This document shows positions 20,489 to 31,013 of a stretch of 64,000 nt of DNA, in pieces. Under the pieces are notes generated by a model, which was not told where the DNA came from, did not search any database, and worked only from the letters and a program-made list of their open reading frames with translations. Each line of letters starts with the position of its first letter. The first letter of the stretch is position 1. The translations under genes and the position numbers were made by a program. The stretch covers positions 32,768-96,767 of the forward strand of contig CAZDAU010000002.1 in the NCBI GenBank assembly GCA_964503625.1, given 5' to 3'. The stretch is from an uncultured Anaerolinea sp. GTDB lineage: Bacteria > Chloroflexota > Anaerolineae > Anaerolineales > UBA4823.

Positions 20489-21556
20489 TTGAGCAGCGCG
20501 AATCCGGATCAAGAGACTGGTATGCCCTATTCCCTTAGTCAACGTATTGCCCTGGCTTTGCGCATCCTGCGCCGGGGTGATGCTCCGCCATCTGCCCGTC
20601 GGGAGGTGCCGCCCATCACCCTGGATGAGATTTCCGAAGTCAGGACATTCTTCCCGCTGGACAAGTTCTTTGTTTTCGGCCACGCTCGCTCGGGGACGAC
20701 GATGCTGACGCGCCTGGTCCGTCTGCACCCAGAAGTGCATTGCGATTACCAGGCCCATTTCTTCACCCGTTCTCCGCTGCTTGAGAGCCTGGTGGCGGAT
20801 GCCGAAGTGGGCGAATGGCTCTCGCGCGGCAGCAACCGCTGGAACCGTGGCAAAGATCTGTCGCCGGTTGTTTTGCGCGTTGCTGCCGATTACATCCTGG
20901 AGCGCGAGGCGCGCCGGGAAGGCAAGCGCATTGTCGGTGATAAGAGCCCCAACAGTCTGCTGGATGGCGAAGCAGTGCGCCTGATGCACAAGGTATATCC
21001 AGATGCCCGACTGATCTATATCGTGCGCGACGGGCGGGATGCCGTGGTTTCGCACCGTTTTCAGTCTTTTATTGAATTTCCGGAGCGGCTTTCCAAGGAA
21101 GACCAGCAGTTGCGCGCCCGGTTTGCTCGCGCCCCGCAGCCTTTCTTATCTGGGGAGCAGTCGATATTTACCCAGGCGGCCATCACCCGCGCCGCCCAGG
21201 GCTGGGTCCGCAACGTCACTCAGACCGACCAGGAGGGGCGGGAGCTGTTCGGCGAACGCTACCTTTCCCTGCGTTACGAAGACCTGCTCCACCAGCCCTG
21301 GGAGCAGATGCGCCGGGTATGGGAATTCTTGGGCGCTTCTCCGGCGGACGAAGATCTGCACCAGGCGTTGCTGGCTGAAATGACCCGCAATCCCGACGCC
21401 GATTGGCAGCAGCAAAAAGCCAAAGATATTGCCCAATCGCTGCAGAAAGGCAAGCGGGGTTCCTGGCGCGAGCTGTTCACCCCTCGCGACCGGCAAATCT
21501 TTCGCCAGTTTGCTGATGAAACGCTGCTTGCCTGGGGATACGAGGCCACGCCTTGA
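20489..21556 (+). CDS. Sulfotransferase (ST2)
   Basis: VFGHARSGTTML, YIVRDGRDAVVSHRF and GSWRELFTPRDRQIF. TTG start at 20489 from the ORF track; the first ATG is at 20522. Confidence 0.85.
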   Translation: MSSANPDQETGMPYSLSQRIALALRILRRGDAPPSARREVPPITLDEISEVRTFFPLDKFFVFGHARSGTTMLTRLVRLHPEVHCDYQAHFFTRSPLLESLVADAEVGEWLSRGSNRWNRGKDLSPVVLRVAADYILEREARREGKRIVGDKSPNSLLDGEAVRLMHKVYPDARLIYIVRDGRDAVVSHRFQSFIEFPERLSKEDQQLRARFARAPQPFLSGEQSIFTQAAITRAAQGWVRNVTQTDQEGRELFGERYLSLRYEDLLHQPWEQMRRVWEFLGASPADEDLHQALLAEMTRNPDADWQQQKAKDIAQSLQKGKRGSWRELFTPRDRQIFRQFADETLLAWGYEATP

Positions 21557-22539
21557 AGATCCTTATCGCAGGCTTTGGCTCAATTGGCCGCCGCCATTTC
21601 CATAACCTGCTGGCGCTGGGCGAGCGGGACATTCTGTTTTATCGCAGCGGGCGCAGCACGCTCCCCGATGATGAATTGAGAGACTATCCGCTGGAAACTG
21701 ATCTGCAGGCTGCGTTAGCGCGCCGCCCACAAGCAGTGATTGTTGCCAACCCGACTGCGTTGCACCTACAGGTGGCCATTCCGGCTGCAGCCGCGGGATG
21801 TAGCCTGCTGCTTGAGAAACCGGTCTCCCACACGTTGGATGGGCTCACCGAGCTTCAAGAAGCTGTGCAGAAAAGCGGGGCAAAGGTCCTGGTGGGTTAT
21901 CAATTTCGCTTTCATCCGGGCCTGCGCCAGGTGAAACAGCTGTTTGATGGCGGGATGATCGGCCGCATGGTCTCGGTTCGCGCCCATTGGGGCGAATACC
22001 TTCCTGGCTGGCACCCCTGGGAGGACTACCGCCAGGGTTACAGTGCCAGGCAAGACCTGGGGGGCGGCGTGGTTTTGACCCTGTGCCATCCGCTGGATTA
22101 CCTGCGCTGGTTGTTTGGGGAGATTACCGCTCTCTGGGCTTTTACTGGTCAATTGAGCGGTTTGGAGCTGAGCGTTGAAGACACTGCTGAGATTGGACTG
22201 CGCTTTGCCGGTGGCGCCCTGGGAAGCCTGCACCTGGATTTCTGCCAGCGCCCACCTTCCCACTACCTGGAAGCAATTGGCACCCAGGGCACGATCCGCT
22301 GGGATAACTCGGATGGCGCTGTTCATCTCTACCGCGCTGGTCCAGATCAGTGGATGAATTTTCCTGCCCCGGAAGGGTTTGAGCGCAACAGCATGTTTCT
22401 TGACCAGATGCGCCATTTTCTGGCGGTTGTTCGTGGCGAAGCTGAGCCGTCTTGCACCCTGCACGACGGTCTTCAAGCGCTGCGACTGGTCCTGGCAGCC
22501 GGCCTATCGCAATCGCAAGGACGGTGCATTGATCTGTGA
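21553..22539 (+). CDS. Gfo/Idh/MocA-family NAD(P)-dependent oxidoreductase
   Basis: MKILIAGFGSIGRRHFHNLL...LLEKPVSHTL. TTGA overlap with the upstream stop. Confidence 0.8.
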   Translation: MKILIAGFGSIGRRHFHNLLALGERDILFYRSGRSTLPDDELRDYPLETDLQAALARRPQAVIVANPTALHLQVAIPAAAAGCSLLLEKPVSHTLDGLTELQEAVQKSGAKVLVGYQFRFHPGLRQVKQLFDGGMIGRMVSVRAHWGEYLPGWHPWEDYRQGYSARQDLGGGVVLTLCHPLDYLRWLFGEITALWAFTGQLSGLELSVEDTAEIGLRFAGGALGSLHLDFCQRPPSHYLEAIGTQGTIRWDNSDGAVHLYRAGPDQWMNFPAPEGFERNSMFLDQMRHFLAVVRGEAEPSCTLHDGLQALRLVLAAGLSQSQGRCIDL

Positions 22540-22544
22540 AAAAC

Positions 22545-22553
22545 TGCTATAAT
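22545..22553 (+). promoter_or_regulatory. Extended -10 promoter element TGCTATAAT upstream of sat-cysC
   Basis: Exact TGnTATAAT in the 69-nt spacer between 22539 and 22608. Confidence 0.5.
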
Positions 22554-22592
22554 TGCCGCTTGTGCTATCAAGCGAACTATTGAACTATTTGA

Positions 22593-24389
<1,797 letters not shown>

Positions 24390-24412
24390 GAATCTTTGGT
24401 TTGGTCTATTTC

Positions 24413-24452
24413 CCCAGGTCTGGCGGTTGCCCTGGTTGCTGCCAGGCCTGGG
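24413..24452 (+). terminator. Strong GC-rich hairpin downstream of sat-cysC (terminator-like, no U-tract)
   Basis: CCCAGGTCTGGC (24413-24424) pairs with GCCAGGCCTGGG (24441-24452). That is 12 bp including one G-U pair, with a 16-nt loop, starting 24 nt after the stop codon. Confidence 0.35.
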
Positions 24453-24491
24453 TCACTGCCAGAGACCGCCCTTCTGGTGGATAATTTCATC

Positions 24492-25364
24492 ATGGCCCCC
24501 AACTTGTCTCAAACGAATCCTGCCTCCACCCGCTCGGCGCTTGATCTTTTCAGCTTGTCTGGCCGGGCGGCGATCGTCACTGGCGGCGCAGGGCTGCTGG
24601 GTGCGCAATTCTGTCGCACCCTGGCCCAGGCCGGTGCTAAGGTTGCGGTTGCCGACATCGATGGACCTGCCGGGGACGCTCTGGCCCAGGACCTGATGAA
24701 CCAGGGCCATCAGGCTATTGCGGTGCGCGCCGACGTCACCGATCCAGCGTCTGTCCGGCAGATGGTGGCTGCGACGGTCAATGCGTTTGGCCGGTTAGAC
24801 ATCCTGGTCAACAGCGCCGCCCTGGACCCAAAGTTCGACCCCAAGCAAGTCGCCAACGAGTTCACGTATTCTGAATCGGGCGCGTTCGAAGACTTTCCGC
24901 TGGCTGCCTGGGAGCAGGCGCTGGCGGTCAACCTGACCGGCGCTTTTCTGTGTTGCCAGGCCGGCGTGGAGCCCATGCTCAGGCAGGGCGGCGGCGTGAT
25001 CATCAACCTTTCGTCCATTTATGGCCTGGCAGGCCCCGACCAGCGCATCTATCAGCGGGCGGGTCAACCACCGCGCTACAAGCCGGTCTATTACTCTGTA
25101 ACCAAGGCGGGAATCTTGGGGTTGACCCGTTACCTGGCGACCTATTACGCCGGGCGAAACATTCGCGTCAACACCCTCACCCCTGGCGGGGTGTTCAATG
25201 GGCACGAAGATACCTTCGTGCAGGCATACTCTGCCCGGGCTGTGCTGGGGCGGATGGCTGATAGAAATGAACTGAACGGCGCGCTCCTCTTCCTGGCTTC
25301 CGATGCTTCCGCTTACATGACCGGGGCCAATCTGGTGGTGGATGGTGGCTGGACGGCCTGGTAG
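24492..25364 (+). CDS. Short-chain dehydrogenase/reductase (SDR)
   Basis: AAIVTGGAGLLG, NSAA, SSIYG and YSVTKAG (YxxxK). The start is moved to ATG 24492; the ORF-track start 24396 lies in the hairpin-containing spacer. Confidence 0.85.
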   Translation: MAPNLSQTNPASTRSALDLFSLSGRAAIVTGGAGLLGAQFCRTLAQAGAKVAVADIDGPAGDALAQDLMNQGHQAIAVRADVTDPASVRQMVAATVNAFGRLDILVNSAALDPKFDPKQVANEFTYSESGAFEDFPLAAWEQALAVNLTGAFLCCQAGVEPMLRQGGGVIINLSSIYGLAGPDQRIYQRAGQPPRYKPVYYSVTKAGILGLTRYLATYYAGRNIRVNTLTPGGVFNGHEDTFVQAYSARAVLGRMADRNELNGALLFLASDASAYMTGANLVVDGGWTAW

Positions 25365-26102
25365 ATGACCGAGACGCTTGCCTTGATCCCGGCCCGCGGC
25401 GGCTCGAAAAGCATCCCGCGCAAGAATATCCGCCCGTTTGCCGGGCATCCCTTGATTGCCTACAGCATTGCCGCCGGCCTGGCTGCGGAAATGGTCACCC
25501 GGGTGGTTGTTTCCACCGATGATGAGGAGATTGCGGCAGTTGCTCGGCGGTACGGCGCAGAGACGCCTTTCTTGCGCCCGGCTGCGCTATCCCAGGACCA
25601 CACGGCCGACTTGCCGGTCTTCCAGCATGCCCTGGAATGGTTGGGCGAGAACGAGGGCTACCAGCCCGAGATTGTTGTTCAGTTGCGCCCAACTTCGCCT
25701 TTCCGGCGGGTGAGCCATATTGATCAGGCAATCTATCGCTTACTCGAGCGTCCGGAGGCCGACTCGGTGCGCACAGTATGCGTGCCCTTTCAGAATCCTT
25801 TCAAGATGTGGCGCATCGATTCGAGTGGGTTCATGCAGCCATTGCTTGGGGCAGAATACCCTGAGCCATATAATATGCCTCGCCAGCTTTTGCCCCAGGT
25901 GTATTGGCAGACCGGTTATGTGGATGTCGCCTGGACGGATACAATTTTGCAGAAGGGTTCAATGACTGGCGATCGCATCCTGCCCCTGGTCATCGATTCC
26001 AGCGAATGGATTGACATCGACTCACCCGACGATTGGCGCCGGGCCGAGCGCTTGCTGGAAAGCGGCGAAATAACGCTGGAGGACCTGGGTTTCCAATTCT
26101 AA
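25365..26102 (+). CDS. neuA: Acylneuraminate (nonulosonate) cytidylyltransferase, NeuA/CMP-sugar synthetase family
   Basis: ALIPARGGSKSIPRKNIRPFAGHPLIAYSIAAG...VVVSTDDEEIAAVARRYGAETPFLRPAALSQDHTADLPVFQHAL...QLRPTSPFR. Confidence 0.88.
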   Translation: MTETLALIPARGGSKSIPRKNIRPFAGHPLIAYSIAAGLAAEMVTRVVVSTDDEEIAAVARRYGAETPFLRPAALSQDHTADLPVFQHALEWLGENEGYQPEIVVQLRPTSPFRRVSHIDQAIYRLLERPEADSVRTVCVPFQNPFKMWRIDSSGFMQPLLGAEYPEPYNMPRQLLPQVYWQTGYVDVAWTDTILQKGSMTGDRILPLVIDSSEWIDIDSPDDWRRAERLLESGEITLEDLGFQF

Positions 26103-26146
26103 GAACGCGGCCTTTGGCTGGCGGATAGACCCGAGGAGATTAATGA

Positions 26147-28099
26147 ATGCCTGTAATAAAAATTGGTGACCGGCTGGTAGGCGATGGACAGCCAACCTAT
26201 ATCATCGCTGAGATTGGCGTCAACCATAATGGTTTCCTGGATCTGGCTTTGAAGCTGATCGATGTGGCGGTTGACTCCGGCGCCGACGCGGTCAAGTTCC
26301 AGAAGCGCAAGTTGGAAAAGCTGTACGCTAAAAAATACCTGGAGAACGCCAACGCTGGCGAGAAGACGCTGCGCTACCTGCTGCCCATCTTGCAGCAGGT
26401 TGAGCTGGCGGACGAAGAATATTACCGCATTGTTGAGTATTGCCAGAAAAAAGGGATTACCTTTCTGTGCTCGGCTTTTGACGCCGATAGCGCCGATTTC
26501 CTGGAAGAGCTTGGAGTGCCAGCCTATAAAGTCGCCTCGGCTGACTTGACCAACCTGCCGCTGCTGGATCACCTGATCAAGAAAGGCAAACCGCTTATCC
26601 TGTCCACCGGGATGTCCCATATGCACGAGGTCGAGCTGACCGTGGAGTTCTTGAAGGAGCGCCACGCGGAGTTTGCCTTGCTGCACTGCAACAGCACTTA
26701 CCCGGCGGCGTTTGAGGATATCAACCTGCGCTTCATGGATCAACTGCGCCGCTTCGGCGTGCCGGTGGGCTACTCTGGGCACGAGCGCGGCATTGCGGTC
26801 TCCACCGTGGCTTCGGTGTTGGGCGCCAGCATCATTGAGCGCCACCTGACCCTGGACCGGACAATGGAAGGGCCAGACCATGCCGCCAGCCTGGAGCCTC
26901 AGGGTTTCAAGAAGATGGTGCGCGATATTCACCAGGTCGCCCTCTCGTTGGGCACCGGTGAAGAGAAGTACATCTCTCGCGGCGAGATCCTCAATCGAGA
27001 GGTGCTTGGCAAAAGCCTTGTGGCGGCGCGCCGGATCCAGCCTGGCGAAGTGATCACCGCCAACATGGTGGCAGTGAAAGGCCCGGCTTTGGGTCTTTCG
27101 CCCCAGAACTACACCCGCCTGGTTGGCCGTACTGTTGAGCGGGTGATCGAAGAAGACGAGCCGTTTCTGGATCGCGACCTGGGCATAAGGATCGAGCTGG
27201 ATGTTGAGCATGTTTTGCCCATGGAATATGGTTTCACCGTCCGCTTTCGCGATTTTAGCAGTCTGCTGGCTTACCGGCCGCGCATGCTGGAATTTCACTT
27301 TACGGATCAGGATCTGGATGAGCGCTATCCTGGCGATGACTTCAGCGCCGGCTCGGCTCTGCCGCTCAAGCTGGTGGTTCACGCTCCAGAATTTTGGGAC
27401 CGCTCCTTGGTTGACCTGTGCGCTCTGGATGAGCGGCATCGCAGAGCCTCGTGTGATCTGCTCCAGAAGACGATTGACCTGACCCGCGCAATGGCGCCTT
27501 ATTTTGTTGGCATGCCCAAGGTGGTCATTCATCCTGGCGCGATGAGCCTGGATCATCCGATCCGGGAAAAACAAGTGTTGTACGATAGGCTTCGCCGCTC
27601 GATGAGCGAGCTGGAAGCACAGGGTGTTGAGCTGCTGCTGGAAAATTTGCCGCCCCATCCGTGGTATTTTGGCGGGCAGTGGCTGACCAACGCATTTATG
27701 GACGCCGAGGAAATTCGAGATTTCATCGTACCGCTGGGGCTCAAATTCTGTTACGACTCATCCCATCACAAGCTGTACTGTAACTGGGCGCATGTCGATT
27801 TTTATGATCAACTGGCAACAATATTGCCGCACATTGGTCACCTGCACCTTTCGGACGGCGCTGGGCTGGATGGCGAGGGTCTTCAGATTGGCGAGGGCGC
27901 AATCGATTGGGTGCGTTTCTTCCGTGTTTTGGGCGAGTATCATGGCACGATGATCCCCGAGATTTGGCGCGGCCACCAGCGAGGTGGAGAGGGTTTCTTA
28001 ATCGCCATACAACGCCTGAGCGACGCTTATTTTGCCAGCCAGTCCGAAATTGCCAGCGGACACGGCGTCTTTGGAGCTGCAAAAGACCTCTATGCCTAA
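26147..28099 (+). CDS. Fusion protein: NeuB-family synthase + SAF domain + xylose-isomerase-like TIM barrel (sugar-phosphate isomerase/epimerase family)
   Basis: N-terminus QPTYIIAEIGVNHNGFLDLALKLIDVAVDSGADAVKFQKR...GYSGHERG...IIERHLTLDR. SAF region SLVAARRIQPGEVITANMVAVKGP. C-terminal region of about 300 aa: LEFHFTDQD...LVVHAPEFW...VVIHPGAMS...LLLENLPP...CYDSSHHKLY...IGHLHLSDGAGLDGEGLQIGEGAIDWVRFF. Confidence 0.85.
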   Translation: MPVIKIGDRLVGDGQPTYIIAEIGVNHNGFLDLALKLIDVAVDSGADAVKFQKRKLEKLYAKKYLENANAGEKTLRYLLPILQQVELADEEYYRIVEYCQKKGITFLCSAFDADSADFLEELGVPAYKVASADLTNLPLLDHLIKKGKPLILSTGMSHMHEVELTVEFLKERHAEFALLHCNSTYPAAFEDINLRFMDQLRRFGVPVGYSGHERGIAVSTVASVLGASIIERHLTLDRTMEGPDHAASLEPQGFKKMVRDIHQVALSLGTGEEKYISRGEILNREVLGKSLVAARRIQPGEVITANMVAVKGPALGLSPQNYTRLVGRTVERVIEEDEPFLDRDLGIRIELDVEHVLPMEYGFTVRFRDFSSLLAYRPRMLEFHFTDQDLDERYPGDDFSAGSALPLKLVVHAPEFWDRSLVDLCALDERHRRASCDLLQKTIDLTRAMAPYFVGMPKVVIHPGAMSLDHPIREKQVLYDRLRRSMSELEAQGVELLLENLPPHPWYFGGQWLTNAFMDAEEIRDFIVPLGLKFCYDSSHHKLYCNWAHVDFYDQLATILPHIGHLHLSDGAGLDGEGLQIGEGAIDWVRFFRVLGEYHGTMIPEIWRGHQRGGEGFLIAIQRLSDAYFASQSEIASGHGVFGAAKDLYA

Positions 28100-29777
28100 A
28101 CCTAACCTCTGGTCCCGGATTTCTGGTTGGCGTAACCACCTGCGGGTGTTTCGCATGGCGCGCCAGGTTGCGGCGCACATTCCCAAGACATCCATTGCCC
28201 AGCCGGTGGTTTTCTTCAACGCATCCACACGCATCACCGGGCTGAGCCAGAACGCTGCGTTCACCCTGCTCACAAGCTGGGCATTGCGCCTTTCGGGAGT
28301 GCCGGTGAGTCATTTTGTCTGCCAGTCGGGGATGAGCCATTGTGTGCTTGGCACCAACCGGGAGAACTACCATAAGGCGCCGCCTTGCCGGGCTTGCCTG
28401 CGCCAATCCCGCCGCCTTTATAAAGACGCAGAAGTGTACTGGTTTCCCTATCATCCAGACCCTGAGCTGGCTGCCGAACTCAAGGGGTTGAGCGTGGACG
28501 AGCTGAGCGCCTTTGAGTACAACACCATCAAAGGTTCCTTGGTCACTCCGGGGCTCTCGACGCCCCTGGGTTGGTTGGTGCTTCCATCAGTCCGTTGGGC
28601 TTTGCGCCGCCATACTCTGCCTAACGATGAAGAGACGCGCTATCTGCTTCGCTCGTATATCCTCTCGGCTTACAATGTTGCTCAGGAATTTTCGGCTTTC
28701 CTGGATCAGACCAGGCCATCGGCTGCGGTGATTTTCAATGGAATCATGTATCCAGAAGCCACTGCTCGTTGGGTGGCCCAGACCCGCGGCCTGCGCGTGA
28801 TCACTTACGAAGTGGGCTTTCAGCGCCATTCGGCTTTTTTCACCGAAGGAGAAGCCACGGCCTACCCCATTTACATCCCCAAAGATTTTGAGCTGAACGA
28901 GAGGCAAAACGCCCGCCTGGACGAATATCTGCAAAAGCGTTTCCAGGGTCATTTCACCATGGCAGGGATCCGTTTCTGGCCTGAAATGCATGGCCTGGAC
29001 CAGGCCTTCTTAAATAAAGCCGCTCGTTTCCGCCAGATCGTGCCGGTTTTCACCAATGTCGTCTACGACACCAGTCAGGTTCACGCCAACAAAATCTTCC
29101 CGCACATGTTTGCCTGGTTGGATAGCGTTTTGGAGCTTATCCGCTCGCACCCCGAAACACTGTTTGTCATCCGGGCTCACCCGGATGAGATGCGCCCGGG
29201 CACGGCCAAGCAAAGCAGAGAAAGCGTGCGTGATTGGGTGGCAGCCAATGGCCTGAAGAAGATGGCCAATGTGGTTTTCATCGATTCGCAGGAGTACGTC
29301 AGCTCCTACGAGTTGATCCAGCGGGCCAAATTTGTCATGGTCTACAACTCATCGATTGGCATGGAGGCAGTGCTGCAAGGCAAACCGGTGCTTTGCGGCG
29401 GCAAGGCGCGTTACACGCAGTACCCCATGGTCTTCTTCCCCGAGACGCCCGCCGCTCACCAGGAGATGGCGCAGGCGTTTCTGGCCGCTGAAAAGATCGA
29501 TGTCCCGGATGAATTTCGCAGCAATGCCCGCCGTTTTCTGTATTACCAGCTTTTCCGCTCTTCGCTGAGCTTTGAGCCCTATCTCCAGGATGTGCGCCGC
29601 AAGGGCTATGTGCAGTTGGCTCCCTTTTCCTGGCAAGATTTGTTGCCGGAGAACGCCCCCACCTTGCAAGTGCTGGTGAATGGCATCGTTGGTGAGCATC
29701 TGGAACGCCAGGCTCGCTTGCGCAGCACAGCAGGCGCTGGTGAGCTTCCTCTATTCTTGGCGGAGGATGAAGCATGA
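28092..29777 (+). CDS. Capsule-synthesis family (KpsC/KpsS-like) putative ulosonic-acid glycosyltransferase, paralog 2
   Basis: The ATG at 28092 overlaps the upstream gene by 8 nt. VPVFTNVVYDTSQV...TLFVIRAHPDE...FVMVYNSSIGMEAVLQGKPVLCGG aligns by eye with 9800..11455. It contains a Cys cluster, CQSGMSHC...CRAC, absent from paralog 1. Confidence 0.6.
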   Translation: MPKPNLWSRISGWRNHLRVFRMARQVAAHIPKTSIAQPVVFFNASTRITGLSQNAAFTLLTSWALRLSGVPVSHFVCQSGMSHCVLGTNRENYHKAPPCRACLRQSRRLYKDAEVYWFPYHPDPELAAELKGLSVDELSAFEYNTIKGSLVTPGLSTPLGWLVLPSVRWALRRHTLPNDEETRYLLRSYILSAYNVAQEFSAFLDQTRPSAAVIFNGIMYPEATARWVAQTRGLRVITYEVGFQRHSAFFTEGEATAYPIYIPKDFELNERQNARLDEYLQKRFQGHFTMAGIRFWPEMHGLDQAFLNKAARFRQIVPVFTNVVYDTSQVHANKIFPHMFAWLDSVLELIRSHPETLFVIRAHPDEMRPGTAKQSRESVRDWVAANGLKKMANVVFIDSQEYVSSYELIQRAKFVMVYNSSIGMEAVLQGKPVLCGGKARYTQYPMVFFPETPAAHQEMAQAFLAAEKIDVPDEFRSNARRFLYYQLFRSSLSFEPYLQDVRRKGYVQLAPFSWQDLLPENAPTLQVLVNGIVGEHLERQARLRSTAGAGELPLFLAEDEA

Positions 29778-30745
29778 ATCCGGACGCAAGGCAGGTGTCG
29801 GTCTCGGATTGGCCTGCTGTCAACCGCCTGGCCACGGACCGGATCGAGATCCTGTCGGTGGAGCTTTTGGATCAAAATCGGGTCGTTGTGGAGGATCTTA
29901 AACGCCTGGCAAGAACCCTTGGACTGGAGTTTGGCTGGCATTACCTGTTGGACCTGAGCTGGATCTTGAGCTTGTTAGGGAATGTTAATGGGTTACGCCT
30001 GATGGACGCGGGCGCCGGCACGGGCATCCTGCAGTGGTACCTGGCCAGAGGTGGCGCCCAGGTGATCAGCGTGGATCGCCTGAGCCGCGCCACGCTGCCG
30101 CTGCGCTTTCGCCGGCGATTTCGGGTGAAGGGCCTGCGTGGCAAGGTGGATTTGCTGCCAGCCGGCCAGGCATTTGTGCGCAACTTTAATCGCCCGGCAA
30201 GCGGGTCATGGGCGCGCCGGTGGGCTTTGCGCGTTGCTGCCCAGGCGAAGGATGTGTGGGGTTGGCTGCAGCCGCCCTATGGCAAGGGCAGCGTGCTGAT
30301 TTACAACCGGGATTTAGCAAACCTGGCGGATGTTGTTGAAAACTCGCTGGACGCGGTGGTGGCTGTGTCGGCTCTGGAACACAACACCCCAGAAGGTCTG
30401 AAAGCGGTGGTCCAGGAGCTGATGCGGGTGCTCAAGCCGGGAGGGGTTTTGTTGGCCACTCTGACGGCTGGGAAAGATCAGGATTGGTGGCACGAGGCTT
30501 CCAGTGGTTGGTGCTACACTGACCGGACCTTGCGCCAGCTCTTCGATCTGCCAAAGGACGCGCCATCGAATTATGATCGTTATGATGAGTTGTTTGCTGC
30601 CTTGAAGGACTGCGCCGAGCTGCGGGATAACCTGGCGAGCTTTTATTTTCAGTCCAAAGATAAGGGTATGCCCGGTGGGGTTTGGGATCCCCAATACCAG
30701 CCAGTGGGTGTTTGCAAAGTAAAAACGACTGGTATGAAAGCGTAA
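29774..30745 (+). CDS. Class I SAM-dependent methyltransferase
   Basis: LRLMDAGAGTGILQWYLARGGAQVISVDR (motif I) and AVVAVSALEHNTPEGLKAVVQELMRVLKPGGVLLATL. ATGA overlap with the upstream gene. Confidence 0.85.
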   Translation: MNPDARQVSVSDWPAVNRLATDRIEILSVELLDQNRVVVEDLKRLARTLGLEFGWHYLLDLSWILSLLGNVNGLRLMDAGAGTGILQWYLARGGAQVISVDRLSRATLPLRFRRRFRVKGLRGKVDLLPAGQAFVRNFNRPASGSWARRWALRVAAQAKDVWGWLQPPYGKGSVLIYNRDLANLADVVENSLDAVVAVSALEHNTPEGLKAVVQELMRVLKPGGVLLATLTAGKDQDWWHEASSGWCYTDRTLRQLFDLPKDAPSNYDRYDELFAALKDCAELRDNLASFYFQSKDKGMPGGVWDPQYQPVGVCKVKTTGMKA

Positions 30746-30761
30746 AAGCAAGGAGTCAGGT

Positions 30762-31013
30762 ATGAGTTCAAATCCATCGTTGACTGCCCAGGTGCAGGCT
30801 TTGCTGGCAGAAGCCATCCAGGCACCACCGGAACTGGTGACCGCTGACCTGGCCTTTGGTGATCTGCCGCAGTGGGATTCGCTGGGCCATATGGAAGTGA
30901 TGTTGCGTTTGGAAGAGCAGTATGGGATTGCCATCGACGCAGAGATCATCGCCCACCTGGTCAGCATCCCCGAAATCTGCAAGTACCTGGAGGCAAACGG
31001 CCATGTCCACTGA
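30762..31013 (+). CDS. Acyl/aminoacyl carrier protein (phosphopantetheine attachment site)
   Basis: 83 aa. LAFGDLPQWDSLGHMEVMLRLEEQYGIAI carries the DSLG serine motif of ACP/PCP-type carriers. Confidence 0.85.
   Translation: MSSNPSLTAQVQALLAEAIQAPPELVTADLAFGDLPQWDSLGHMEVMLRLEEQYGIAIDAEIIAHLVSIPEICKYLEANGHVH

Noticed and set aside
26099-27658. 519-aa minus-strand ORF antisense to the NeuB-TIM fusion. Similar long antisense ORFs occur at 18279-19373, 19256-20452, 34893-36053, 36163-37098, 10337-11305, 21766-22476 and 51110-51874.
   Set aside because: - The translations are low-complexity and rich in R, A, G, Q, H and L, with no recognisable motifs.
- Each lies entirely opposite a plus-strand gene with clear family signatures.
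- This is typical of shadow ORFs in GC-rich DNA.
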